The translations under genes were made by a program, and so were the position numbers. A stretch of 64,000 bases of DNA from Eledone cirrhosa (Eukaryota), in assembly GCA_964016885.1 (NCBI GenBank), contig OZ024757.1, positions 15,004,001-15,068,000 on the forward strand, read 5' to 3'. The notes beneath the pieces were generated by a model, which saw only the letters and a program-made list of their open reading frames with translations, searched no databases and had not been told where the DNA came from. Positions within the stretch are counted from its first letter, which is position 1. Each line of letters opens with the position of its first letter. Shown here in pieces: positions 24,701 to 37,040 of the stretch.

Positions 24701-27700
24701 ATTAATGAGACGCATCGTTCATATGACGCCCTGCAGTATCCCCTTCTTTTTCCGTACAGAGACGACGGGTACCATTCGGCATTCCTCAGCACAAACCAAA
24801 CGAGCCCACTGCTGCGACATCTAAAACTGTTTCATGTATGGCTTTCTACTCATACCGCTTCATGACAAGGCATAATGATTTTAGCCCCCTGCACAGCTCA
24901 CGGGAACTGTTTCACCAGTTTGCAGTTGACATGGCTGCAAAGATGGAGTTCGAGAGACTGTGCTTCATCAAATTGAATCAGAAGCAGCTGCGCTCAGACT
25001 CCTACATACATCAGGAATGACACTGACGCCCGCAACATCGGCAAGATGTGCATTCTCCCCTCAACCTATACAGGGGGCCCACGGTACATGCACGAGCGAA
25101 CACAAGACGCTATGACTTACGTTCGGCATTATGGGCGACCCGATTTATTCATCACCTTTACATGTAACCCAAAGTGGCTTGAGGTAACGTGAGAACTTCT
25201 CCCAGGGCAGCAGTACTGCCATCGCCATGATATTATTGCAAGGGTTTTCAGACAGAAGCTCGCTAAGCTCATTGATTTAATAAAAAAAGGGCAGGTTTTT
25301 GGGCCTGTTAAGTGCCACATGTATACTGTTGAGAGGCAGAAAAGAGGGTTGCCACACGCGCACATTTTGCTTTGGTTGGTCAACAAAATAGACCCGACAG
25401 TTCTTGGTGACGTCATCGCAGCAGAAATCCCGGACCCAACTGTTGACCGGCAGCTGTACGACATTGTGAAGGCACACATGGTGCACGCTCCGTGTGGTCC
25501 CGGTTTTCAAAAGTTCTCCTCATGTCACAAAGACGATGTGTGCACTAAACGATACCCAAAGAGGTTCGTGGAGGAGACCCAGACCGGCCACGACGGATAC
25601 CCACTGTACAGACGAAGGCACCCTGACAATGGTGGATTCACTATGACGTTACGGGGTCATCAAGTGGATAATAGGTGGGTAGTCCCGTACTGTCCATTTC
25701 TGATGAAAACTTTTAACGCTCACATAAATGTGGAGTTCTGTCATTCAGTAAAGTCTATAAAGTATATATGTGAATATGTTAACAAGGGTTCTGACGCTGC
25801 CATGTTCGGCCTTAAAAAGACAATAGCATGGACGAGGTGTCGGAGTACTTGGCAGGTCGATACATAAGCAGTGGTGAAGCTTTTTGGCGGATATTCGGGT
25901 TTCCGCTTCACCAAAGGCATCCCGCCATCATACAACTAACGGTTCATTTGGAAAATGGCCAGCGAGCTTACTTTACTGAACAGACTGCTGCTCAATTGGC
26001 GGCAAATCCAAAACAAACAACTTTGACCGGTTTCTTTAGGCTTTGCCAAATTGACACATTTGCCAAAACACTTTTATACCCTCAGGTCCCGTCCTACTAC
26101 ATGTGGTCAAACAACAATTGGGTGCGTAGGAAGTCGGGTCAGGATGTTGAAGGACATCCTGGTGTCAAGTTTAACAGTTGTCTAGGAAGAGTGTACACTG
26201 TACCTCCCAACCAACATGAGTGTTTTCACCTGCGCCTTCTACTCCATGAGGTTTTAGGCCCACAAAGTTTTCAAGACATCAGAACTGTTGACGGTGTATT
26301 ATGTGATACTTTCTGCGAAGCCTGCTTTCAGCGTGGACTTTTGGAGGACGATTCACAATGGGGCACCACTATGGCAGAGGGTGTTTCGTTAAAATCTCCT
26401 AAAAAAATCAGATCGCTTTTCGCTATTCTACTCCTATGGTGTGACTTGGCTGATCCCGCCTCTTTATGGCTTACTTACAAAAATTATATGTCTGAAGATT
26501 TCCTGTGTCACGCTCAATGGCTACATCCATCAATGGAGGTTGGGTACAGTGACCTCATTTACAACAGGGCGCTGCTTGAAATCGAAGATACTGTACTTGA
26601 TATGGGCGGTAGTGCCTTGGCGGTATATGGCCTACCTTCAACAAACCGGGAACGCACAAACACACTGTCTTCAGATTTGCTGCGTGAGACATGTTTTAAT
26701 GTTGACGAGCTTGCACAGTACATAGCCGAGAATGAGCCAAAGCTACTTCCAGAACAGAAGTTCACTTACAACTCCGTTGTTAATTCAGTCCGGGCCAAAG
26801 CTGGAGGGATTTTTTTCCTGGACGCTCCTGGGGGCACTGGGAAAACTTTTGTCAACAAATTAATATTGACTGAGATTAGGCGAACACAAGGCATTGCCCT
26901 AGCTGTGGCATCATCTGGAATTGCGGCTATTTTGTTGCCAGGCGGCAGGACAGCTCACTCCACTTTCAAGCTTCCGCTTGACTTAGTGAAGACTGAGACA
27001 CCAACTTGCAACATCAGTAACAGCTCCGATCAGGCAGAAGTCTTCAGACGATGCAAGCTTATCGTTTGGGATGAATGCACAATGGCCCACAGAGGTGCTC
27101 TTGAGGAACTAGATAGATCTCTCAGAGACATCAAACACTCTACAGCTCCCATGGGAGGCATAACACTTCTTCTCTCAGGGGACTTCCGGCAAACACTTCC
27201 CGTTATTCCCAAGGGGACTAGAGCTGATGCAGTAAGTGCGTGTCTTAAGTCATCCACATTGTGGCCACTGGTGAACACTCTTAAACTTAACACTAACATG
27301 TGTGCTCATATGCGACGTGATATCACATCAGCAGCATTTTCTCACACCCTCCTTGCACTTGGCGAAGGCAAAATAACCGGGGATGAAAATGGTAATATTG
27401 CCATCGATTCCATTTGTACCATTGTTAATACGCCTTCTGAGATGCAGTGTTCCCAGATCTACAAGCTAATTATCAGAATATGGATTGGATTGGCCAAAGG
27501 GCTATTCTGGCCCCGAGGAATAAAACTGTTCACCATATTAATGATCAAATGCTAAAACTCATTCCTGGGGATGGCTATGTATATAAGTCTATCGATACAA
27601 CTCCTGACCCAGAGGACGTCAGCAACTATCCAATAGAGGTACTCAATTCCTTTGAGCCCCCCGGACTACCACCACACATTCTCAAACTTAAAGTTGGTGC

Positions 27701-28939
27701 CCCTATAATACTCATTAAAAATTTGGTTCCCCCGAAACATTGCAATGGCACACGTTTGATCGTTAAGTCCTTATCTCCCAATCTGATTGAGGCCACGATT
27801 ATCACAGGGTGCGGTCGAGGCAACGTTGTGCTCATACCTAGGATGCATCTTTTCCCATCAGGAGCAGACGTACCTTTCACATTTCGGAGGTCCCAGTTCC
27901 CAGTAAGGCCATGTTTCGCTATGTCAATTAACAAAGCGCAGGGTCAAACACTGTCTGTGGCGGGAATACATTTGGGGGAGCCATGTTTCTCTCATGGTCA
28001 GCTTTACGTTGGCTGCTCGCGTGTTGGCAGCAACAGTGATGCTTTCGTGTTCGTTCCACAACGAAAAACGAAAAACATTGTGTACAAGGTTTTATAGGAT
28101 TACTACGCTTCATCATTTTGGAACAACACGTTAGTATTTCACTTATATACGACTCTCTTTTATGATGGCATTTACATTTTTAGGCGTTTCCTGAAATTAC
28201 TTCACACTTAACCAACACCTGTCCTCCGCTCACCTCTATTTCCATCCATTCGTCATCAAACCAGCAGCCTCATCTATATCCAACGTACATGAGACATCTA
28301 CCCCTACATCTACACTCTCACTATTAAAGTTTACACCAGCGACAACACGATCGCAACATACACTTTCAAAACTAAGCAACAGATCATTTTATACAACAAC
28401 AAATTTACTCATAACGCCGATCAATGAAAACAACATCTCCACCACAGACGTGTTGTGATTCATCTATTCAGCACCACTACAGTCTTGCCGGTCTGACAAA
28501 TGGTGAGTAGATGCTATTGTTCTAGATTTTATAAATTACCCGTATTTACTTACCCATACTTAATTCCCCTCTTGCCTACATAGGGCATCGATTCTCTTTT
28601 AACACACCATGAAGTTTTGTAACAGCACATCCGCTGCCGTTCGTGGAAAACGAAGAGGCCCTATTCACCTGCGAACGTTTTACACCCCCTTCCACGACTA
28701 TCAAATTCTTACAATTATGAGAACAATAACATGGCCCTTTTCAAGGCAACCTCACATTCAATTCTTACACCATTCTACGAGGGGTAGGAACCCCTTTACA
28801 GGGCTTTCTATACACTTACAAATAGATTCATTCGGCTTAAACTTATATCAATCTTTGCCTGAATAATCATAATTCAGTGCAATCATTAACAGTACTTTCA
28901 AGCAATTCAGCCCCGAGCAACGCCGGGCACTTCTGCTAG
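21791..28939 (+). mobile_element. Helitron (Rep-Pif1 helicase), degraded; 5' boundary uncertain
   Basis: 3' end GC hairpin CCCGAGC-AAC-GCCGGG (~28911-28927) followed by CTAG|T at 28936-28940; RepHel coding remnants; ~310-bp internal repeats at 21791-22340. Confidence 0.9.
23418..28097 (+). pseudogene. Helitron RepHel protein (frameshifts/stops)
   Basis: (M)PPKKRSRLGR start with ATG>ATA; DLFITFTCNPKW; QKRGLPHAHILL HUH motif; KYICEYVNKG; DAPGGTGKT, IVWDE, GDFRQ, AMSINKAQGQT, SHGQLYV. Confidence 0.95.
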
Positions 28940-28940
28940 T

Positions 28941-30390
28941 GGTTATTAAAACGAGATTTAAAGTCTGTGGAAGTAGAACCTACATAATTAAATGAATTTA
29001 AATTAGTTTTTACATTACAATTATATACTATATTTTTAGCTAAACAATTGTTATTTAACGGACAGATTTATTTCTACAGTTACATTTATCAAAATTCAAG
29101 TTACTAGGAGCCGTATTATTAAATTGGATATTGCTGGGGTTGTTAATGGTATTCTGGTTAGGTTTTAAGTTTCTATTATTAATTCTATTAATATTCTGCG
29201 CTAAATTACTGGTGGTTGAATAAGTTAATTTTATAGTATGTCTATTAAATATTGAGTAATATCTATGTGTTCTAGGGAAGCATTTGTCAAGAGCTTTAAA
29301 GAATAGTTTAACAATAGGAGTTTTAATATTTAATGAGAAAGGAGGAGCGAACCATAATATGTTCCTAGTTCTATTTCTTTTTTTATTTTTCGAATTATTG
29401 TAAGGTTTTCTATTATAGTTGTTAAAATTATGGTTAGTTGTTATATTATTATTATCAATGTATTTAATTGTATTACTATATCCAGCTCTACCTAACGCTT
29501 CGTTGTAATACTGTGCTTTATCATAAAAAATATTCTTATTAGCTGAAATTCTAGAAATGCGTTGCTGTACAGAATTTACTATAGTATTTTTAACGGATCT
29601 GGGGTGATTAGAGTTAAAATTAACGTAGTTTAAGTTCTCGTTTAATTTGTGAAATGGATAATAAAGACATGTGTTAAGGTTTAAGGTTACATCTAGAAAG
29701 TTAACTATTTTATAATTATTCTCTATTTCTACTTTAAGATTAAGGTAATTAAAAAATTGTATAATTTCTTTTCTTTTCCTATTTAATTCACAGTTATTAT
29801 TTTAATAAGTAATAGCATATCGTCGCGATATAAACCTCCAGTCATCTCCGGTATTTTCCTATGTAGAGAATTATTTATAAAAAGCCCCACAAGATCCGTT
29901 ATATGGGCGGAAACAGATGACCCCATAGTGATATCGAAATTATTATCTCTATCTGCTCTAGTCCAGAGGTGGTTGTTAAATTTAATTAATGTTTTCCATG
30001 ACATTAGGATAATGTGCATTTTATTACTAGTTAAGTCTGTATGTTTAAATGCATATGTCAGTGCTTTATTAAGTAGATTAGGAGTGATGGATGAGTAATA
30101 ATTAGCAATATCCAATTGAATAAACTTATTATTATAGTTATATTTAATGTCTTTAAACCATTAGATAACTTCTTTAGTTCCTTTCCATAATTTTAAATAA
30201 GATAAATCCTTAATTTGTGGTATTATTCTGTCTAAAATGTTCTTGCTAAGTATGCCAAGGTCCGATTTAGATGGTGCTAAGTATGTCAAGGTCCTATTTA
30301 GATGGTGCAATTAATCTAACTGGTAAGTCAATTTCGAAGTTCCCTTTGTGGTCCTTCATATTAATTTTTGGTTTCCTTGGCATGAAGGGT
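28941..30390 (-). mobile_element. Second Penelope-like element, RT fragment
   Basis: DIANYYSSI, FDITMGS, GGLYRDD in 29783-30115; very AT-rich and degraded. Confidence 0.85.
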
Positions 30391-30391
30391 T

Positions 30392-31214
30392 GTGTCCTAT
30401 TTTCAATGCCTAATTCCCACAGACGCGATGTACAAGTCTCTGAAGGCTGAAATACTCAGCCGGACTGCACAGTCTGCAGAAAAAAGATTTAGGGCTCTGG
30501 TACATCTGGAGCATATAGGTGATGGCACCCCATCGAACCTCCTAAGGCGAATGAAGGACCTAACGGAGGGGTCGGTAGCGGAAACTGCCATGCTGAAGCA
30601 GTTGTTCTTCTCGCGCCTACCGAACAACGTACAGGCAATTTTGGCCCCCATTAGGGATTCTTGCACGGTGGATCAGTTTGCCGCCTCTGCGGACAAAGTT
30701 TTTGAAGTTCAGGATGCGAGAGAGACTGATGGCTTGCCAGCCCTCAAGGGATACAACTCCATTTAGTACATGAATCTGCCAATGGGGGTCGGGTCTGTTG
30801 CAAAGGGACGTAACTCCTATACGTGCTGAGTTACGACTGATACACATTGACCTCGTTGGACCTTGGCCATTCAGCAGTGGATATTCGTACCTCTTGACCT
30901 GTGTCGAGCGTTTTTCACGACTACAAGATATAACTGCTGAGAATGTAGCACGTGCCCTGGTATCAGGGTGGATTACCCGCTTTGGGGTACCAACTACAGT
31001 CACCACAGACCGTGGTAGACAATTCGAGTCCCATCTTTTCTCTGAGCTCACAAAGATCATTGGCGCGCAACGGATTCGGACCACAGCCTATCATCCTGCT
31101 TCAAACGGAATGGTGGAACGATTCCACCGCCAATTAAAGGCCACTCTTTGCACCTATCCAGACTCTCAACGTTGGAGCGAGTACCTTCCTATTGTGTTGT
31201 TAGGAATTCGGTAA
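30392..31214 (+). mobile_element. Gypsy fragments (gag piece fused to integrase core) of a different family
   Basis: LEHIGDGTPSNLLRRM...LFFSRLP gag motif; [38 protein letters not shown]. Confidence 0.9.
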
Positions 31215-32103
31215 TCAATAAATTTATATATTGCGCACCAATACCATTGATAAACCAGTTTTCTACTGCACCGATAACAGAAACAACTTTAAAAAGTACA
31301 GTATTTATTCATAAACTACACGACTGGAGAGATATGCGATAAAAAAAAAAAAATTAAAACAAGGAGATACTTTCACACACATATGGAATAACCCATCCAG
31401 ACTAGAAATCGGACTTACAAACTTCACACAAAACCAAAACTATACAGTAACAGGCCTAACTAATACAAGGGGCGACGCTTTCAACTTTGAAAGAAACATA
31501 AATCTTGACATGACATGGGATGGATGCCTGGACACAGGTACAGCACCATTAGTAGGAACTCATACTACAGAATGAAACGAAGGCTTTATGGAAACTAGAC
31601 AAAGAGCCAGAGAACCAACACAAGAAGATATACATTACACCGAACATTCAGATATTACATTCGACCATCAGAACACTCACACAGTAGAAGGCATAGACGT
31701 ACAGGCATCAGGAGATTTCGTTGTAGCAAACAGAACAGCAATTAACAAAGTATTATACACACCAGAAGAACCACAAGAAATGTGTCTCATTAACGTAGCA
31801 GTCGTGGTTCGACCCAACAATACGAGGCCTCAAATCTACTTTACATTCGACCTAACCTATTTCGTAGAAATTGAATGCAACTACGAACAATTCAACCATC
31901 CTCAAGTTGTAGGAACAATAGACCCCATGACAGGATTAACATTCGCCGAGGAGTGGAATTACAATCAATTCTCAGTAACAATGCCAAGTAGGCACTTACA
32001 CGGAACTGCTGCCAAAAATAGAAAAACGGGGAGAACATTCCACCATTGTAAAGATAGAAAACGCCCACTAGCCTACTTATCAGGCCATTTCGTCAACAAG
32101 TAA
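31215..32103 (+). pseudogene. Putative parvovirus/densovirus capsid (VP) remnant
   Basis: T/N-rich, beta-strand-like sequence (e.g. QIYFTFDLTYFVEIECNY), A-rich codon usage like the adjacent NS1; no diagnostic motif. Confidence 0.45.
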
Positions 32104-32439
32104 ACCACGCCCACTGTTGGCAATGCCAGTGAACGCTGGCACTTAAGAAAGCCTATATATACAGCTGCTGCTATCATCCTGCCACACAGCTACTAACCAT
32201 AGCAGAAGCAGAACTCACTGACCTACAGACGAAAAACATATTCAACGAGATAGCGTTCCAAGGAGAACTAACACCGAACACTTGGGTGTATAGGTGGCAG
32301 TTTGAAAAGGAATTCGAATAGGACCAGGTTGAAAAACTTGTAGCAAGAGTTGCCTCCCTTGTCATGACAATCTCATCACTGCTCTCTAGACAGGAATTAG
32401 CTGGAGTTGCTTCCCTTTGGGATTGACAGACTCCCTGTT

Positions 32440-32470
32440 GGTCACTTCCGGTCACCTCCTATAAAAGGAA
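32440..32470 (+). promoter_or_regulatory. Putative viral Pol II promoter
   Basis: ETS-like CACTTCCGG followed by TATAAAAG at 32460; another TATA-like CCTATATATA at ~32152 after CCACGCCC boxes. Confidence 0.45.
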
Positions 32471-33019
32471 CAGGTCACCACGATATCTCTCTCTCGCCTC
32501 CTGATTTCCGAAGTGGTAACACCTGCGACCTTAGCCTGAGATGATTCCTTTTTGATAATCCTTCACTACCAAGAACAATGCAACATGCAGCCTGAGAGCC
32601 TAAGATGTTAATACCAGCTAGAAAAGATCTCTTCTTTTCTCTACACACTTCAGCCTGGAATTGTGACCATCGGGTAACGCACCATTATATTTAATACCTT
32701 TGACTTCTATGAAGTAAAAACATTATCACAACACACACCGGTATTTACTGTCTTTTGTAATAATTTTATATGTACACCGATACTAATCTCCTAAAGTGGT
32801 GACCCCCGACGTGATTTAAAAAGAAAAAAAAAGAATGGGAAATGGTATACGGTGTATATAATGGAAAAAAAGAAAGACAGAAGAAAAAGAGAAAAATATA
32901 ACAATTTAATACAAAACGAACACCTACAATTATTGACACACAGACAAACAGCAATTGTATAAATGTTTTTGCCTTTTTTTTCTCTCCTTTTCTGCCTTCT
33001 CTTCTCTGGCTAAAAATGT

Positions 33020-34543
33020 TTGAGGATGACAAGATGGAGTCTCTCTTCTCCATCAATAGTGTTTTTGGCGCGAAATGGTCCGCCATGTTGGATTTTTTTT
33101 TTAGGTTCCTTGCCCTTACTTAATCGCTTGTTTACGAACAGTACCAAATACCTCTTGAATATATTGAAAAACCATCCATCAATTGCGATATTTCACAAAA
33201 GATCATACAGCAGTATAAAGCACTGCCAAGATGCGCCGCACTTCCATATCATTTCATGGCATAAGGAGCATCCTACCAACATTCATTCTTTTTATATGCT
33301 TAAAAATATAATACGGAGCACAGCTAAACCCTACGAGATGAATGCGCAAAAAGTTTTCAATCCGTACGGTCTATGTAGATATCTCACAAACGACAAAGAT
33401 AAACGGGACACGATTGCAGCCTCAAATATTACTACAACTGGACAAATACATGTCCTTCAGGCATTAACTGACAAACAAATTGACCTAACCAACAGCGAAA
33501 TCCAGGCAGCAGCTAATACGTACACAGACAAACAAACGATACGTGGAAGAAAACATGACTTTATAAAACAATTAATGTCAGCAGCAAATTCTACAGAGCT
33601 AGGTGACCTCATATGCTTCGCTAAAAATACAACGGATCGAAACAAATCGAAAAAATGGGATGATATTTACAGAAATACACCCAACCTAATAAGCATCATC
33701 AACGCAACGGCCACGGAATTAAATATAGAAACGATCAGCATACCCATATGGCAACAACTACAGCAGAAAACGGAACTATTCAACGAGATGAATTTTAAAC
33801 ACCATTCTGTGCAGACCTCCTTAAATATATTTACCTCGTGGGTGAAACACCACAATTTCAATCCAGAGGCATTCGCTCGTGAAACATTCGAGGTATGCCA
33901 TAAAATACATCCGAAAAAGAACGGACTCCACATCACCGGCGTCTCCAATAGTGGTAAATCGTATATTTTACGTTCTGTAAGGAACGGTTTAATGAATAGC
34001 GGTAGAATGAGATGCCAAGCCGCTGATAGCTTCACTTTCGGAAGCTGTATCGACAAGCCACTTATATACACGGACGAGATGTGGTTTACTAACAACAACA
34101 TAGAAGAGGGTAAATGTATTTTGGAGGGAACAAATACCTACATTAATGTGAAGCACCAGCAGGAGAGAGTGCTGAAAAGAACGCCCTGCTTGTCTACAAG
34201 TAACACGGAACCGTGGAGAGTCGTGCCGCAAGATGAGGATGCGATTAGAAATCGACTATTTTATTATGTCACTAACCAGCCGATGCAAAAACTGAAAGAC
34301 TGGGGCAAAATAGAGTTGAATCCACTAATGTGGTTAACCACATGGAAGCCGTACATCGACAAATTCATAGACCATAAATACACAGATATATACACGTCCG
34401 AGGACGCACCGCCAAACTCGGATCTCTACACCATCATTCTGAGCGATTATGAATCGCCAGATAGTAAAAGAAAACTAAATGCGGTTAAACGTAAATTAGT
34501 CGAACAATTGTACACACCGACACCGAAAAAAATTAAAAATTGA
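33020..34543 (+). CDS. NS1: Endogenous parvovirus-like NS1/Rep (HUH endonuclease + SF3 helicase), uninterrupted frame
   Basis: HUH PHFHII, tyrosine motif LCRYL, Walker A GVSNSGKS, Walker B IYTDE, B' KCILEG...NVKHQ, motif C STSN, Arg finger IRNRL; first ~35 codons probably not viral NS1. Confidence 0.9.
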   Translation: MRMTRWSLSSPSIVFLARNGPPCWIFFLGSLPLLNRLFTNSTKYLLNILKNHPSIAIFHKRSYSSIKHCQDAPHFHIISWHKEHPTNIHSFYMLKNIIRSTAKPYEMNAQKVFNPYGLCRYLTNDKDKRDTIAASNITTTGQIHVLQALTDKQIDLTNSEIQAAANTYTDKQTIRGRKHDFIKQLMSAANSTELGDLICFAKNTTDRNKSKKWDDIYRNTPNLISIINATATELNIETISIPIWQQLQQKTELFNEMNFKHHSVQTSLNIFTSWVKHHNFNPEAFARETFEVCHKIHPKKNGLHITGVSNSGKSYILRSVRNGLMNSGRMRCQAADSFTFGSCIDKPLIYTDEMWFTNNNIEEGKCILEGTNTYINVKHQQERVLKRTPCLSTSNTEPWRVVPQDEDAIRNRLFYYVTNQPMQKLKDWGKIELNPLMWLTTWKPYIDKFIDHKYTDIYTSEDAPPNSDLYTIILSDYESPDSKRKLNAVKRKLVEQLYTPTPKKIKN

Positions 34544-34599
34544 AATTAACGAAGAAGAAAACTCTGGCCACTGGAGCCTTATTCTTTTTTTTTTTTTTC

Positions 34600-34888
34600 T
34601 TTATTGTATTACCATGTACCTTTCGTTACCATTTCATGATTGTACCTTCTCGTTACCATTTCATGCCTGTGCTGGGAGCCCATGCTTGTGGGTTCGCTAC
34701 AGTTACCTTCAGGCTTTTTGCCTAGCGTCTGGAGGAGGGTACTGTAGCATAGTGGCCCCTTACGGCTGTGACTCAGCATGTATGGGAGTTGCGTCCCTTT
34801 ACGACAGTCGTAACTCAGCACGTACAGGAGTTATGTCCCTTTGCAACAGGCGCGTCCCCCATTGGCAGATTCATGTACTAAATGGAGT
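34600..34888 (-). mobile_element. Inverted fragment related to the Gypsy piece at 30758-30838
   Basis: 34805-34888 is the reverse complement of 30758-30838 with a few substitutions. Confidence 0.7.
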
Positions 34889-34889
34889 C

Positions 34890-35213
34890 TCACCTCCTTC
34901 GCCAGCAAGAAGAAGAATACCGGCAGCCTAAAAAAATACTAACACCTCCAAGAGAAGATTTCTGTTCTTCTCTACACACTCCAGCCTGGGAGTTGTGACC
35001 AACTGAACATCTCCATGTCGTAACAAATTATTTATATCAATTTATTTGACTTCTGTGAAGTAAAACCTTGTCACAACACACACCGGTATTTATTGTCATT
35101 CCTGATAATATATATATGTACACCGATACTAATCTCCTAAAGAACTATTGCCCCTTCACTTTACACAGCATCAATGAAGACACCTTTGAGACTGTGATAA
35201 GAAAACTTCAAGA
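34890..35213 (+). other. Second diverged copy of the viral region upstream of NS1
   Basis: Aligns by eye to 32560-32796 (TCTCTACACACT, ACAACACACACCGGTATTTA, TGTACACCGATACTAATCTCCTAAAG). Confidence 0.75.
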
Positions 35214-36510
35214 TACCAGGAAGAGACTTGATTGTCAGCTACTGGTACAAAAAACTGACTTTCTATCGGATATATCAACCTCTACCAGCAAGCTCTCAAG
35301 GAAGATGCACATATACCAGAGTGGTTGGCATTAGCACAAACAATACTGGTCCTCAAGAATATACCCACTTGGTATAAAACTACTGACCCATTGCACACCA
35401 GAACCTAATTCTCCAAGACCACTGTGACAATAATAACATCACAAATGAGCAAGCAGATGGGAATAAAGGTGTTTGGGGGTGTACTGAACAACTCCTAATT
35501 AACAAATCCACGATGTCAGAGGTGCAGTGACAGTCTGGCTGGCCTACAGGAAAGCATTTGGTTCTGTTCTCCACTCCTGGATGGTAGAGGCCCGCCGACT
35601 TGCTAAATTTCCAGACACTATTATCAGAGCCATAGAGAACCTATCTTCCTCATGGACAACTATCATAAAGTTAAAAACAGAGAAGGACTCCATTTTCACT
35701 TATAAAATAGAATATCAAAGGGGTATATTTCACGGAGACAGTACAAATTTAACCCACATTTTCTTTGTGGATGACCTGAAACTCTATGCCAGGAACTTAA
35801 ATGGAATAAAGAAAAAAACATGACCTGGTTACAATGTTCTAGAAAGATATAGGAATGGAGTTTGGCCAGGATAAATGTTCATATATGATTGTAAAGGGAG
35901 GAAAAGCTACAAGCCAATCTGGCAACATTTTTATCAATGGTCTAATTGTTTCACAGATATCTGACAAGGACTGCTAATACCTCGGGATAGATGAGAATAT
36001 ATCCTATGATGGTATTTGTAATAAGGAACGCGTAAACCATGGAATATTAAACCCGATTAAGAAAAATGTGGTCATTGGAACTCTCTGAGCACAATAAAAC
36101 AGTGGCTCAGAATTTGTTTGCTGTGCTTGTCCTAACACCAACATTCGGAATACTCGATTGGACGATAGATGAATTCCGAGCTATCGATGTTAAAACCCGA
36201 AAAATCTTAAACAACACCGGAAATTTCCACATCAACAGTGACATAGAGCATCTCTACCTGAAACGTAAAGAGGGAGGCAGAGGCCTAACATCAGTCTAGA
36301 CAGTATGAGTGTTGCATCATGTACCCCATTTATGATCCTCCAAGTGTAGGAGCTCATCTATTGAGCAAGCCTGTCTAAATGAGCCAGATACGATCACAAA
36401 AGTTGGGAAGGAGCTCTTCGAAAAATTCTCCCTGCATGATAATCAAAAACTCAAACCCAAGGAAATTATCCAGCAATACCACAGTGAATCCATGGATGAA
36501 AAGCTGCATG

Positions 36511-36856
36511 CTTCATTTCATTTCATTTCATTTCATTTTACGTCTGCTTTTCCCTGCTTGCAAGGGTGGGACGGGAACTGATTCTGGCTTGATTTCTACA
36601 GCTGGATGCCCTTCCTAACGCCAACCTCATTTACAGTGAGTGCTGGGTGCTTTTTTGCCGTGGCACCTCCACGACTACTTTGCAGTGGAATGATAGGGAC
36701 CCCAGTCCCTATCATCTCATTTCTACAGCTGAGTAAACTGGAGCAATGTGAATTAAAGTGTCTTGCTCAAGGAAACAACACATCACCCGGTCTGAGAATT
36801 GAACTCATAACTTTTCGATTGTAAGCCCAATGCTCTAACCACTAAGCCATGTGCAT
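36511..36856 (-). mobile_element. tRNA-derived SINE with RTE-derived body and tail
   Basis: A box TGGCTTAGTGG and B box GAGTTCAATTC on minus strand; tail matches the RTE 3' end at 18512-18553; (ATGAA)n tail. Confidence 0.88.
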
Positions 36857-37040
36857 CCACAAAAAATCATGCATGGATATGTTGTCAGGAAACTCCAAAG
36901 TGAGAGTAGTCTATCTTGGACCAACAACCGCGATCTTGACTCTCACTATCAAGGATATACTTTTGCAAGCCAAGAACAGGAGATCAATACAAAATATGAT
37001 CCAAAAAAGAGATAGGGATGTAGGCAAAATACCGATCAGC

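Noticed and set aside
33020-33125. N-terminus of the 507-aa NS1 ORF as the real start
   Set aside because: Non-ATG start running through T-rich sequence that looks like an inverted insert; NS1-like sequence begins later
36785-36856. tRNA-like A and B boxes
   Set aside because: SINE head, not a full cloverleaf tRNA gene
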